From Camelus dromedarius (lineage: Eukaryota): a stretch of 64,000 nucleotides of DNA. Made by a program: the position numbers and the translations under genes. The DNA lies in the NCBI RefSeq assembly GCF_036321535.1, contig NC_087436.1, positions 94,862,001 through 94,926,000 on the forward strand, given 5' to 3'. Below the pieces are notes generated by a model that saw only the letters and a program-made list of their open reading frames with translations, searched no databases and had not been told where the DNA came from. This document shows positions 14,949-28,329 of the stretch, in pieces; the stretch's first letter is position 1; the number at the start of each line of letters is the position of its first letter.

Positions 14949-15229
14949 TAAAAGCAGAACAATTTTCAGATGAAAGAAAGAATTGCAGTCCTAAGAAGCG
15001 AACTAAATGTGAAAGTTCAAAAGAATCTCAACATTCTAGGTCATCAGCTCATAAAACAGGAGAAACTTCTTCTCCAAAAGCCAGTTCCAAGCTGGCAGCT
15101 TTGAAAAAAAGAGAAGAGAGTTCTTATAAAAAAACAGAGCCTTTGGGCTCAAAAAGAAAAGAAAATGCCATTGAACTGAAAGAGACCAGAACTCCTAAGA
15201 AAATCAAAAGTTCTCCAGCTAAACAAGAG
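14949..15229 (+). CDS. RFC1: RFC1 coding exon (exon 9 eq.), 281 nt, Lys/Ser-rich linker
   Basis: tcccag|TA AAA...CAA GAG|gtagaa; (V)KAEQFSDERKNCSPKK...KKIKSSPAKQE; phase matches both neighbours. Confidence 0.93.
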
Positions 15230-15389
15230 GTAGAAATTTCTAAAAGTGTATCATTTTGGGGCTATGTTTTGATCTGGGTTTGATTGTTTTCAAGTTTTAT
15301 TTCTAACCTTATAAGTCATTATAGTACTTTTAAGATATTATCTTATTTAAAGATACTGTTGTAGTCTGTAGATTATTAATATAGCTAAA

Positions 15390-15600
15390 TTAGCCAATAT
15401 TTATTGAGTGTTAATGAGTATCAGATATTGTGCTAATATATGTGCTATGTTATGTAATTCTCACAGCAACCCTGTGAGATACTTACTTTTATTGACAACT
15501 TTTGAAGATGAGGAAACAGGCTGAAATGGTTTAAGTAACTTTTCCAAGATCATCCAGCTAGTACGTGGCAGAGCCATTCTGAACTTAGGTCCTCTGAGGC
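15390..15600 (-). mobile_element. MIR SINE (antisense)
   Basis: MIR core gatgaggaaacaggctgaaatggtttaagtaacttttccaagatcatccagctagt. Confidence 0.7.
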
Positions 15601-15607
15601 CAAAAAA

Positions 15608-15828
15608 AAGCAGTATCACATGGTGGCTCTGAGCACGGACTCCAGAGCCAGTTTCGGATCATAGCCCTGTGACACTAATGTGTGACCTTTGTCTGATAAT
15701 TTCCCTTTTCTCTGCTTTGGTTTCCTTATTTGTAAAATAGGGGTAATAATAGTGCCTAGTGAGTTAATATAAAACCACTTGGAACAGTGCCTGATATATA
15801 GTAAATGCTATATAAGTTTTTGCTATTA
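15608..15828 (+). mobile_element. MIR SINE (sense)
   Basis: tgtgtgaccttt...ggtttccttatttgtaaaataggggtaataatag...cagtgcctgatatatagtaaatgct. Confidence 0.7.
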
Positions 15829-17339
15829 TTATTAAAATAATTATTATTTGGATTTTTCCTGAATGTAATCCTTTTTCTCCTGTTTAACAGTATTGAGATA
15901 CTGAAATCATTTTCAAAGGGAAAAACAGTAAAGTAATACAGAAGAGTTTTCAAAAATTTTCTTTGTTTTCATATATATTTGAGAGTTGAACGGTTTTGTA
16001 GAATTTCCAGTTTGGAACCACCTTACTAGATTCATAATGAGAAACCACTATTCCTTCAAGCCTCTTAGGCTTAAAAGGAGAATATTATCTATTTTAACTG
16101 CTTATCACCATTATTTTTTAGTGCAGAACTGTTAAATAGTGATGATTTCTAGATGCTTTTGTTTTTGGTCAGTGGTCATAAATATGCTTAAGGGAACAAT
16201 TAACTTTTTGGTCTCAGATTTTTCTTCACTATATACTTAGCTGGTGGATGAATGTTTTCCTTCAGGTGCACTAAACATGTTTAATTTACTGAGGCTTGTC
16301 TTATTTTAAAGGAGAAGAAATCTTTAAATGATAGTGTTACTTATCAAAGTTGGCATAGAAATGATTCAGAGAACTTTTACTTAAGTAGTTTTGGGAATAT
16401 GAATTATTTTATAAATTCAGTCTATCTCAGTGAAGTAATTTTGACTTCATAAATGGGTGTGCTTCAAAGTTACTTTATAATTTGTTTATAATTCTTTTTT
16501 TTCATGGAGTTAATGTTATAAATGACTAGTTTTCCCATTTTGGCATGCATTAGACTTTTCTCTGAAGTTTGTTAAAAATATGGTTTCCTAGGGCATGTGG
16601 TTTGGGCTGGTGTATTTCAAAAAGTTTTTCAGATGGTATGAACACACCCAACATTTGAGAACCGCTGTTAAAAAGTAGGGTTAAGGTCTAGGATCATCCC
16701 ATAGTGGCATATTAAACTCAAAACCAAAGCAAATCACCCCATTTTGTTGATTAAATCATTTATTTGCATAGAAATGGTATTTTTTGTCTATTCTCAAAGG
16801 GATTTGAGGTGGCTTACAAGTTAAAAATAATGTAAATTAGGAAGTAGAAAAAACAGCAAAGACCATTCTTAATAGTGGTTCTTAAATCAGAATTACCTAG
16901 GATATTCTCCAGAATACACATGCCTCAGTCATATCCCATGTCTCTGAATCAAAAACTTGGAGTGCATCCAAAGATACATATTTAAAAATTCCCCAGGATT
17001 TTCTGAGATACACCATGGTAAGATCCTCTTGAGAGAAATAGAATAGGAGAAATTAAACACAGAAGGAAGGGTGGTGGCATGTAGAATTGCCTGCTGTTTT
17101 GGAGCAAAGCTTGGCCCCTATTTGAGCCAGCTGTTTATATGAGGCTATTAATTCTCAGACTGCAGTCCTCATATCCTCAGGGGTATAGAGGAGATGTTAT
17201 TTTCAGGGTATACAAGGCCATTGGATAAAAATAGGATTATTTTCTTGTGTGTTCAGGTTGATTTGGGGAAAAATTAGTTATTTCCATTAAAATACACATG
17301 ATATATTATGAATAGAATTTAAAGTTCACGTGAATTTTT

Positions 17340-17475
17340 TTTGGGGGGAAGAGGTAATTTGTTTTTTAAAAATTTATTTATCTATTTACTTATTTTTAAA
17401 CGAGGTACTGGGCATTGAACCCAGGACCTCCTGCATGCAAAGCATACACTTTACCACTTGAGCTATACCCTCCCC
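17340..17475 (-). mobile_element. tRNA-derived SINE, camelid Vic-1-like, with TSD
   Basis: Reverse complement reads ggggagggtatagctcaagtggtaaagtg...ggttcaatgccc (Pol III A/B boxes). Flanked by aaagttcac(g/a)tgaattttt at 17321 and 17480. Confidence 0.85.
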
Positions 17476-17790
17476 ACTAAAAGTTCACATGAATTTTTGA
17501 AATAAAATATACTTTTTTGTCTTTTTGGGCTTGGGGCTAGCAACTTGGCTTATTCACCCAGTCTACCCTGAGGCATGTACCTTTAGAGAGTGTTGAAAGG
17601 TCAGAGAAGGGCTGATTATAGGGGTGTTTATAAGCTGGGCATGTGTAAATTGGGGAGTACCTGTGTAGCTAAAAATGTTACTATCAAGACCAAACACTGA
17701 AATGACTTACTGTTTATTTATTGATGTGTATTTTTAATTTTACATGAATTTTGCATGATTTTATTCAGTTTATTTTCCTTCTCCCTGAAG

Positions 17791-17898
17791 TCTATAAGTC
17801 CTGAAGATTCTGAAAAGAGACGCAGTAATTATCAAGCTTATCGGAGCTACTTAAATCGAGAAGGTCCCAAAGCCCTGGGCTCCAAAGAAATACCAAAG
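17791..17898 (+). CDS. RFC1: RFC1 coding exon (exon 10 eq.), 108 nt
   Basis: ctgaag|TCT...AAG|gtaaga; SISPEDSEKRRSNYQAYRSYLNREGPKALGSKEIPK (segment just before the BRCT domain). Confidence 0.97.
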
Positions 17899-18149
17899 GT
17901 AAGAGTACTGAGGGGATGTGTCAGGGCCTCTGCCCTGCGGGTCCATGTGTGTATTCACTATATTAACAGCAGCAGATAATTAATAGTCAAACATTAACAG
18001 AAAAGCCTTAGTCACCATCTTTACAAATTACAGATGTTTATTCACCTTATAAATCACCGCTTGATACTTACAAAAAATTTCCTTTAAGTAACATGTTGCC
18101 CTGCAAGGGCTGAGCTTTGAAGATGTGGCAGTCACAGGACTAATGCTCT

Positions 18150-19400
18150 TTGCTGTCATGGTACTTATGATCTAACTCAGGAAAGAGACATTAAATAAAT
18201 TATTATTTAATTATAATTGTGATATGTGCCATAAGGGAAAAATCAAGATGCTCTTTGGGAGTATAACAGAGGAAGCTGGCCCCAAGGGGCGTTGTAAGTA
18301 GGGGAATAGTATGGCCAAGTTTGTGTTTCAAACAGAGCATCCTGGCTATGAGTATAGAGTGCAGTGGAGCGGGGAATAGATACAGGGAGCTCCCTTAGGA
18401 AAGCTGGTGAGAAGTAACAGAGACTTCTCTAGGGCAGTAGCAGAGAAAGTATTGAAAAGTAAAGTAGTTTCAATGAAAAAGGTAAAATCCGTAGGACTTG
18501 GTGATGATTGGAAGTGGGGTTGAGCCTCTAGGATGGTGTCCTGGTTACTGGCACGAGCAGCTGGGTGGGTGCTGATGCCGCTGAGGCACAGCCGATCTAG
18601 GGAGATGATAATGAGTTTGTTGTCACCATGCTGGCTTTAGATGTATGTGAGATAGCCACACGGAAATGTTAGGCAGACAGGTTAGATATGCAGGGCTAGA
18701 GCTCAGAACAGAAGTCAGGATGTAAAAACGTGGACATTATTGGCATGTAGATAATGTGTGAAGGTATTAATGTCACCCAACCAGCAAGTGCAGAGTGAGA
18801 AGAGAGGGCGGCCTTGGGCCTAGCTTCTTCATGAAGCAGAGGAGGGTGAAACTCAGACTGTGAAGAAGCAGCCACAAATGTGGGAGAGAAGCCTGGTAAA
18901 GGTGGTGTCACAGAAGCAAAGGCAAGAGAGATTTTTTTTAAAAATGATTAAGAGGAGATGGAAAATTGTCCACTGCATTTAGTAACATGACTGATCAAGA
19001 GAAGTTTCAATAGAATGATAGAGGCAGAATCTGATGGAAATGGATTGAAGAGTGAGTGAGAGGAGAAAAAATGGAGGCATCATAAGTGATAGGGTTTTTT
19101 TTGTATGTTGGTTGCGAAGGGGAGAGGAGAGAGAGGACTTCTACCTACAAATAGAAGGTGGGATTTAGAGGGAAAATGTGAGTGTTTTTAAGGTAGGAGA
19201 TACTTAAAGCGTGGTTTTTGTTTTTTAATTTTTTTTTGTGTGTGTGATGGGATTGACGTACCAGAAAGGGAGAGACTGAAGGTTTACCAGAAAGAGAAGA
19301 AGAATCAAATGTAGTATGAGGTTTCTGAGAATGTAGAAGGGCAGGAGATTCAGAGCACAAATGGAGATCAGTAGTTCCCCTAAGAAAAAGGGGGAGAGAT
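18150..19400 (-). mobile_element. Degraded L2 LINE (antisense)
   Basis: Purine-rich tracts typical of antisense L2 (gtaggacttggtgatgattgg, tgtccactgcatttagtaacatg); boundaries approximate. Confidence 0.55.
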
Positions 19401-20688
19401 GAGCCTTACAGGGCTTATAGAAGATACCAGTCTTGCCTCCTGCACGTAGTGTATGAAAGACTAAGAAAGCCTCTGCTTGAGGGGACTTGAGGCAGAGTGG
19501 GGTTCTTAGTGGGGCAGCCAGGTATCAGTGAAGGCAGAGCCATGGAGGGGATATTGGAGAAGAGGTTGAGAATGTTGGGTGGTTTGTTGGCCCTGCAGGA
19601 AGAGTTCTAGAGTGGAAGGGTTTGGTAGGGAGGCTAGAAGTGTGGAGATTGGATAAGTAAAAAGATAAAGCCACAGTGTGTGATAGTTCAGGAGATGATA
19701 GTTAATTAAGGAGTGTGGGATAGGGGTTTGCATGTGGCATTTTCTAAAGTTACTTTAAATTTGTTGAGAAGAATTTAAGTAGTTTAGTTTTTACAAGATC
19801 ATTTCAATCCTAGAATCATAGGGACTTTGAGATGTAGTTAGTCAACCTTTTCTCTCCAAGCAGATTTATGGCCTTTTTTTTTTTTTTTTAAATCCCCCAA
19901 GAATAGTTCTTCACCTGCATGGTGAAGGATTGAACTTGTATTGGGGCAGTCTTTGAATTTTGTTTAGTTTCTTCTTTTCAAGCCTGTTTTAAGTCTGTAT
20001 TGATCTCAGTTCTCTATTAATAAGTAATTTCGAATGATTTACATAATTTTCATTTTGCTTGGCTGTACCATATTGAACCACTGCAGAAGTAAAAACAAGT
20101 CTGTAGCTATACACATTTCCAATTAAGATTAAATGTCTCTTCCATCCAGCTCTCTTTGGCCAGTGTTTTTTGTATTATCAAGAGATCTTTCCAATCAAGA
20201 GATTGTATGCTCTTGCCCTTAAGTTACTCACAGGTTGTTAGATTTAGTATGGGGTGGGGGAGAAAACAGCCAGAGAGAAGAGCAGGAGTTCAAACTTGTT
20301 TTAGTTTTTTCAGAATTGAAACTTTACTTTTTTCACAAAGATATTCTGTAGGTGCATGTGGTTGTTTACTTAAAGTTATACAAGTTAAGCAGTAGTTTAA
20401 ATATTAAAAAAAAATGAGAATAGTATGAATGGATAATTTTAATAAGCTTTCCTAACCATATTGGATGTATGGTTTTATAAGTTTATTAACTGTTAGCCTA
20501 CAGAAGAATTTCTCAGGATTTCATTTCAGGCTCTGCTTATTTGCTATTAAATTTCCTGCAGATTTTTTCATGCTGAGATTATTTATGATGTCAAATGAGA
20601 AAAATCAACTTCCTGCAGTTTTGATGCCAAATATTTCTTTGGAAAGCTCCATGTAATTTCCTCTCTGCTTGAACATTTTGGTTTTTAG

Positions 20689-20868
20689 GGAGCTGAAAAT
20701 TGCTTGGAAGGCCTTACATTTGTAATCACAGGAGTGCTGGAGTCCATTGAACGAGACGAGGCCAAGTCTCTAATTGAGCGTTATGGGGGAAAAGTAACAG
20801 GAAATGTCAGCAAGAAGACAAATTACCTTGTCAGGGGTCGCGACAGTGGTCAGTCCAAGAGTGATAAG
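20689..20868 (+). CDS. RFC1: RFC1 coding exon (exon 11 eq.), 180 nt, BRCT domain
   Basis: ttttag|GGA...AAG|gtgggt; GAENCLEGLTFVITGVLESIERDEAKSLIERYGGKVTGNVSKKTNYLVRGRDSGQSKSDK. Confidence 0.97.
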
Positions 20869-22056
20869 GTGGGTACTCCTGTCTTCTCAGCACAGGGAGA
20901 CAGCCTGCTTGCCTTGGCAGGCCCTTGAAGTGACCATTGGTAGTAATGTCCTTTACACAGAGTGAAATGAAGGGGAAAAATGGAAAAGTAGTTTCTTCCC
21001 TACATTATTTTTTTCTCCACACAAGTGTTGTTTGGCTTCTACCCCAGGATTTTGGTTTTCCAGTTGAAGGCACAGTTCCTATTTACTTGGCTTTCTTAGC
21101 GTAGTATTCTAGTTAGAATTTTTTTGAAGAAAGAAGCAAATGCAGTTTTCCTCTTTGTCTAGTCCTAAGTATTCCTGTATGCTGCTGTGGACTCCATCTT
21201 AAGTTTTTTTATTGGAAGCTCTTTTTATTGGAAGGCCTGTTGGGTAGGATTGCATTTAGTTCCAGGTAATAGAATACCTAACTAACTGTGGTTTTGACAA
21301 ATACCTGCTTATTTCCTTACCTTATGAGAATTCCAGAGGTAAGCAGTTCCTGGGGGATGGTTCAGTACCTCAGAGATGTAGCTAGGTTACTTCCATCCTC
21401 CACTTTTGTTATCCTTACTGTGTTAGCTTTCATCTTCATGCATGTTGCCTTGTGTTGCAAGGTGGCTGCAGCTCTCAAGTTCACATTCAACACAGGAAAT
21501 AGGGAGCAGTGGCAAGATGTTACACTAGTTGTGACTGACCTTATACGAGTTTTCCTGGAGGCACCTCATGTAGAATTCCACTGAAGTCTCATTGGCCAGA
21601 CCTGTCACATGGCCATTCAGAGCTATGAGGGAGGTTGGGAGGATGAGGACTTTGTGATTCTTAGACCAGTTATAAGTCATCCCTTGGAAATGGACACATT
21701 GGAGTTCTGTTAGCAGCAGGGCAGAAGGTGGGGTAGAGCGCCAGCCGATCAACCCTGGGAGAGGGTGTGAAGAGCTGGACTTGAGCCCGCGTGGCTTTGC
21801 CCTTTGTAGGGTAGAGGGAAAGGTAAAGCAGTCCACAGCAGTGGCAGTGTGCTGCTCAGGTGCCAGCCCAACACTCCTGGGGGAGGCATCTGCTGTTTTC
21901 TTTTTAATGATACTTTTTCATGAATATGGTTTTAAGAAAGATCCCAGTGTTATCTAATTTACAAATGTGATTTTTCACCTTTTGACAAGCCCTAGAATCA
22001 TATATATTTTTTTACAGAAAGTAATCGTTTCAGTGATTTGCATTTTTAATCAATAG

Positions 22057-22161
22057 GCAGCCGCCTTGGGAACAAAAATTATTGATGAAGATGGCCTATT
22101 GAATCTGATTCGAACCATGCCAGGGAAGAAGTCCAAGTATGAAATAGCAGCTGAAGCTGAG
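22057..22161 (+). CDS. RFC1: RFC1 coding exon (exon 12 eq.), 105 nt, end of BRCT
   Basis: caatag|GCA...GAG|gtttgt; AAALGTKIIDEDGLLNLIRTMPGKKSKYEIAAEAE. Confidence 0.96.
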
Positions 22162-22879
22162 GTTTGTATAAAATGAACTTGATCTATTTAAGTTGGTGTA
22201 TTCCTGTTTCATAGAGACATTTCTTGGGTGGGTAAAGGCCTGTGGGCTAAAAGATTACCTTTTCCTTCTACTGCAGATGGACTTCCCTTATTTCCTTCTG
22301 AGTAGGTGGACTCTGCTTTAGGCTGTCATTTTTGATGTATTTCTTGACCTTTCTCAAGGGAGTGTGAGGAGGGAGAAAGAGGACAGTGAACTGTACTGAC
22401 CACAGCTACTTATGAAAATGTCCATTCTCTCCATATTCTTGTAGTAACATTGTGCAGCAGTTTAGTGCTTGAGAGTTCTTTAAAGGATACATTTATGGTA
22501 TCAGCATGATAAAATCATTTTCAATTAGAACTATATTAGGACTTTTTCAGTAATGACAGAAACCAGCCCATAGCTTTAGCTTTAGCAAAAAGGGAAGAAA
22601 TGTGACTCACATACCCGTACCATGGGCAGGGTGAGGCTGATGTAGGAGCTACTGGATGTGCAGACCACAGTGCTTTTATGACCCTTTCAATCTGTCTGTC
22701 TCCTTCTCCTGGTGTTAGCTTCATTCATTCCCACTTTCCCATGTGTGGGACACAGGTGCTAGCAGCCCAAGTTTAATGTCCCCAGCTCGGTCACCCAGGT
22801 GGCAAGGTGGTCTTCCCATTTATTCCAGTTAGAAAACTCTTGGGGAATGACTTGGATTGACCCTTCATCCAGTGTCCCC

Positions 22880-23980
22880 TAATACTAACAACTTATATAG
22901 CCATAGCACAGTTATCACAACCAGGAAATTAACATTGATGCCATACTGTTAACTACAACTGCACATTATCTGAACTTCACATTTTCCCCCCTTGTCCTTT
23001 TTCTGTTCAAGGATTCCACACTGCATTTAGTTGTCGTCTTAGTCTTCTCCAGTCTGTAATAGTTCTTCAAGTCTTTCCTTGTCTTTTTATGATCTTGATT
23101 TGATGCATACTAGTTAGTTGTTTTGTAGATTGTCTGTCAGTTTGGGATGTTGATGTTTCCTTATAGTTAGATTGAGGTTATGCATTTTTGGCAAGAAGAC
23201 CACATAAGTGATGTTTTGGGTCCTCCTCAGTGCATCATATCAGCTGTGTTTGATGTCAGTACGTCTTTTTCTCCCCCATTATGTCTTACTATTGATGATG
23301 TTAAACTTTATTACTTGGTTAAGGTGATTTCTGCTTGGTCCTCCCAGGAGTGAAGTGATAGTTTTCTCTTTGTAATTGATGAATATCTTGGAGAGATACT
23401 TTAACACTATGCTGGTACCTTGTTTTTCCTTAAACATTTGCATCCACTTACTACTAAAGGGTCACTAATTTTTTTTTATTGGACATTATTCACACATCAT
23501 AACATTTATCCTTTTAGAGTGTATGTTGGTGGCTTTTAGTATATTCACAAGATTGTGCAACTGTCACCACTCTCTACTCCAGAACATTTTCATCACTCCC
23601 CCTACCCTGTACCCATTAGCAGCCACTCTTCATACCCACTCGGTGGCAACCACTACTCTGCTTTCTGTCTACAGATTTGCCTATTCTGGACATGTCATAT
23701 AAAGGGAAACATGTAATATGTGGCCCTTTGTGGCTGGCTTTCTTCACTTAGCATTATGTTTTCAAGGTTCAGCTACTTTGAAGCATACATCAATGCTTCA
23801 CTCCTTTTTATTGGTGATTAGTATTCCATTGTGTGGATATACCACATTTTGTTTATTCATTCATCAGTTGATGGCCATTTTGGGTTGTTTCCATTTTTTT
23901 GGCTATAATATATAATTATTTGTTTATATAAAATGTAATAATGCTGCTTTAAATATTTGTATGCAAGTTTTTGTGGAAGA
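22880..23980 (-). mobile_element. Old L1M 3' fragments (antisense, at least two pieces)
   Basis: tagtatattcacaagattgtgcaactgtcaccact...ttgcctattctggacatgtcatataaa...tggctttcttcacttagcat, L1MB/MC-type 3' UTR. Confidence 0.75.
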
Positions 23981-24285
23981 ATTAAATTTTAATTAGAAAA
24001 CAAAAAGTCTTAATCATTCACATTTTTTAAAACTGATTTTGTAATACTTTTAAAAACTAATATATTTTCATTTTAAAAAATTGCATTTGGGTGCTTTTTG
24101 GTGTGTTGTTAATTTTTATAAAGTTGTGGGGTTTCCACAAACAGCAGAGTCCATTGTGAAAAGACAGACTTAGGTTGGGTAGCTGACTTGGATACCTCAG
24201 ATTGCCCTCTAGAGTACATGTTGCAGGATAGAAATTCTGTATATCTCATCAGGTTTCTTTTTTCCTCACTTTTCCAATTTTTAAG

Positions 24286-24685
24286 ATGAAGAAAGAAAAA
24301 TCCAAATTGGAAAGAACACCCCAAAAAAATGACCGAGGAAAAAGAAAAATTAGTCCAACTAAGAAGGAATCAGAATCTAAAAAGTGCCAGCTGACTCCCC
24401 AGAGAGAAAGCTCTATAAAGTCAATAAAAAAAGAAACAAGTGTGTTTCGGAGAGGCCTGGACTTCAAGGAGCAGGTGGCTGAGGAGACAAATGGTGACAG
24501 CCGGGCTAGGAATTTGGCTGATGACAGCAGTGAAAACAAAGTGGAAAATTTGCTCTGGGTGGATAAATATAAGCCAACCTCGCTCAAGACCATAATTGGA
24601 CAGCAAGGTGACCAGAGCTGTGCCAACAAACTCCTACGCTGGCTCCAAAACTGGCACAAGAGTCCATCAGAAGATAAGAAATGCG
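24286..24685 (+). CDS. RFC1: RFC1 coding exon (exon 13 eq.), 400 nt, includes RFC box II WVDKYKP
   Basis: tttaag|ATG AAG...TGC G|gtgatt; MKKEKSKLERTP...LLWVDKYKPTSLKTIIGQQGDQSCANKLLRWLQNW... Confidence 0.96.
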
Positions 24686-26151
24686 GTGATTTTACAACTT
24701 CATTCATTTTTGTGTGTGTTTGTCACCATGTAATTGCTCAGTGACGTATCTGTTAGGAAGTATAATAGTTGATTCTTTGAACTCTGAGCAAGCATTTATT
24801 GAGAACCTGCTCTGAGCTCAGGTGCTGTACTAGATACCAGAAGTGCTTTTATGGACAAAGCACAGTCCCCTTCAAGGAGCTCCCAGTCAGTGAGGAAGAC
24901 ATCGATGAAACGAGCAATTAAAATATATTGTGCTAAGTGCTGTTATAGGGTTAAGTATGTAGTGCTCATGGGGTGGAGGTGTGCAGTCAGGGATGGGGAT
25001 GTGTGCTCCCATCCCTAGAGGAACGTATATTTAAGCTAAGACTGGGAAACTAAGAAGGAGTTAGTTGGGTGAAGGGCGGGGGATGTCGAGTGGGAGAGAA
25101 TACATGTACCAAGACATGTGAGACCAAGACCCCTGAGAGGGCCAAGGAGACCTCAAGGGGAGAGGTGCAAATAAAACGCTGAGCTCGCTTGCAGAGCAGG
25201 CAGCCTAAAAATCCCAGTAGCATGTTTGCTTTGGTAGGCATGGAAAACGAGCAGTCACAATATACATTTAATGTCCAAAGTATTTTTTACTGGGACTGAC
25301 GTTGCTAATCACAATGTCTAGATAGTCACTAGACATTGGCCAACAGTGACAGTTTATTTTATTTATAACATAATAGAATTGTAATGATACAGGGTTAAAT
25401 TTAAGCTGACTCCTTTTCTCTTTCAAAAACCAAATTAAAGGTGTGTAAGTGCTTTGTGTGCCTGGAGAAGACTTAAGGCTTCAGGTGAACTGCAGTTCCC
25501 CACTCCCACAGTAGGTTTAACCATCTCTCCCTCAGTCACTGTGTATGTGTTGAACACACTTTATGTGCCGGGCCCCCATGTGATAAGAGGAGAAAGAAAG
25601 CTCTAGAGTTGAGCTGGGCAGGATAGTTGTAGACACAACATCTTCAGTTCATTCTTTGTGTGATCATGTAGGTGACTGTGCTTGTTAATATTTACTGAGG
25701 TGTGCCAGGCTTTGTGCTCAGCATGTCCGTCTTCACAACATCCCTTCCAAGCACATTACTATAGTTACCCTCATTTTACAAAGGAGGAAACACATGCAGA
25801 GTGGTTAAGTCACTTCTGTTCTCCCAGCTGATGAGTGGTGGAGTTAGGATCAGAGCCCAGCTGGTCTGCTCCATGACCTGTGCTTTTGTAGGAAAGGAAA
25901 CTCATAGAATTGTTTCAAATCAGAGTTTTAAAGTTAGTTTTAGTTTTTTGAGTGAAGGTGAGGTAGGGAGTGAGTAGAATTTCACTACATGCCCTGGAAA
26001 CTGTTGTTTATACTTTGTAGAAAATATCCTACAAATTTAGAACTAAACTGGAGGACTGTTCTTGATGCTAACTTTATGCACAATTACTCCTACCATTTTG
26101 CATTTCTGTTGGATAATATAGGTTAACATTGTGGAATTTCTTTTTTCCCAG

Positions 26152-26264
26152 CAGCAAAGGTTGGTAAATTTGCAGGCAAAGATGATGGCTCCAGTTTTAA
26201 AGCTGCATTGCTCTCAGGCCCTCCAGGTGTTGGCAAAACAACCACAGCTTCTCTAGTTTGTCAG
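26152..26264 (+). CDS. RFC1: RFC1 coding exon (exon 14 eq.), 113 nt (110 nt from the distal NAGNAG site), Walker A
   Basis: tcccag|CAG|CAAAGG...CAG|gtgagt; AAKVGKFAGKDDGSSFKAALLSGPPGVGKTTTASLVCQ. Confidence 0.96.
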
Positions 26265-27524
26265 GTGAGTGTTCTGTTGTTACTTTTCTAAAGTCAAACC
26301 TTTAGAATTTGCTTTGGTTCTGGGGATATTTGTCATTTTCATCCTTTTTAAAATATTGGTAATTATAATAGGTGGTATTTTCTTATGTGCCAGGCAGTGA
26401 GCTAGTAAGCCCTTGGGTGCATTATCTTCTAGGTAAGATAAATATGTCTTACAGATTCTTACAGATACAGCTATCTAATATATACCCTCATAGGAAGAAT
26501 TCTGTGTACTGAATATAGGTACTTCCTCATGTGACAAAGGAAGGGGGCTTACAGAGGAGGGTGGTGGCACAGTGTGAACCCCAATAGTCCAACTCCTCAC
26601 TGCTGTGGGATCTTGCCTTTGCTCTTGTTTTCCCTACGGCTGCTATATCTCCAGACAATGAGAGGACAAGACACTAGAGCAAATCAGAATGGTATGAAAC
26701 GGTACATGAAATGGCATCAGAATGATAAAGTGAGGGAGTTTAAATTTACTTTAAATTTATTGCTGGATTTCCCAACTCTCTGTCCCATAAGCTGGTAGTT
26801 TCGTTTAGTCTTGATTGCATGGATCAGAGCATTAATTTTTAGCTGGTATAATCCCTATATATTTTCTACTCTATTTATGAACATTTAAAAAAACGAAAAC
26901 CAAAGATTTTTCCCTAGTCACTACCATTGTGAAGATGACTCTTTTTTCCCCATTATTATTATCATTACTTTTTTGGGGAATTGAATTACCTTATAATCAA
27001 TATAATGATCAGTTTTGGGAAATGAGTCCAAATTATTTGATCTTCCACAATTTGAGAGAAAGATTATATATTGGAATAGTTTGACAAAGAATGATTTAAT
27101 TTTATAATTTATCTTAAAGAGTCACTAATTACTTTTTGGTATCTTAATATAGATTAATTCTGTATCTGATATTGAAATTTTGGGATGGTTATATTTAATT
27201 CTTTTTGGGCCTTTAAGAAGCTAACTTAGTAACATTGCTTGTTCAAATATACCCTTCCAGGTTAGTGATTTATCAGCTGAGGTTTTAAGACCAATCTGTG
27301 TGTGTTTGTGTGTGTGTGGTATGTATGTATATGCTGTTTTAAAAATCTCTTAATATCGTGAGGCATATTACAATCTCATTGTCTGTTAGGATTCTACTTT
27401 ATCTTTTTACCCATGGTTACTTTTGTGATTTTTCTGTCCTCTTTCTTCCTTAATTGCCTTGGTTTTTGGGGGGAGAGTTAATAATCTGCATTGTGTTAGA
27501 AATGGTTTCCAATATTTTGATTAG

Positions 27525-27639
27525 GAATTGGGATATAGCTACGTGGAACTGAATGCAAGTGACACTCGGAGTAAGAACAGTTTGAAGGAGATTGTTGCTG
27601 AATCGCTGAATAATACCAGCATCAAAGGCTTTTGTTCAA
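27525..27639 (+). CDS. RFC1: RFC1 coding exon (exon 15 eq.), 115 nt
   Basis: gattag|GAA...TCA A|gtatgt; ELGYSYVELNASDTRSKNSLKEIVAESLNNTSIKGFCS (ELNASD motif). Confidence 0.97.
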
Positions 27640-28329
27640 GTATGTGGAGTTTTGTACAGTTTTCTTTTGAGGGGTGGGAGGTTTATGTAAGAAAAACAAG
27701 TTCATTTCAATGGTCAGTAACCAGTATTGAATGTTACTATGTACGAGGCACCCTACTAAATTCTGGGGCTAATGAGAGAATAAGAAAAGCCTTTGAATTA
27801 ACTCTTATGGGACAGTAGTTACCTTTTTTTTCCAGGTCTTTGTGATTTCTGAGAATGTGATAAAAATGTACGCACAGACATTTATGCATTTTGCATGTGA
27901 TTTTAGAGTATTCACAGGTGAATCCTGTGAAGCGGGAAAGTAAATAACTAACTAATACAGTGCGTGAGTGAGGTGACAGAGGCCTGTAGATGAAAGAATG
28001 ATTCTATTTGGGGCACTGGGGAAAGCTACCAGGAAAAGAGTGACATTTATTCAGAGGGCTTTGAAGAATAAGAAAGAGAGTAGTCTGTGGATAGAAGAGG
28101 TTATTTAAGGCAAAGGTAGTAGAGGAGGAGGAAAGACCCAGTGTGAAAGTCCCACTTGGTTTCAGGTGTAGCTAGTGTGGCCGGAGTTTATGGGGAAAAT
28201 AAGGTGCCCAAATTACAGATCCTATTGCATGTTTAGAATCTGTGGTATGTTGCATGGTCACCTGGGTCTTGGTACTTTAAGTGGTAGAAAATCATTGTTA
28301 AAAAGAATTTGCTCAGGAAATGTCACTCT

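Noticed and set aside
24249..24707. 152-aa minus-strand ORF
   Set aside because: Antisense shadow of RFC1 exon 13; no independent coding signal.
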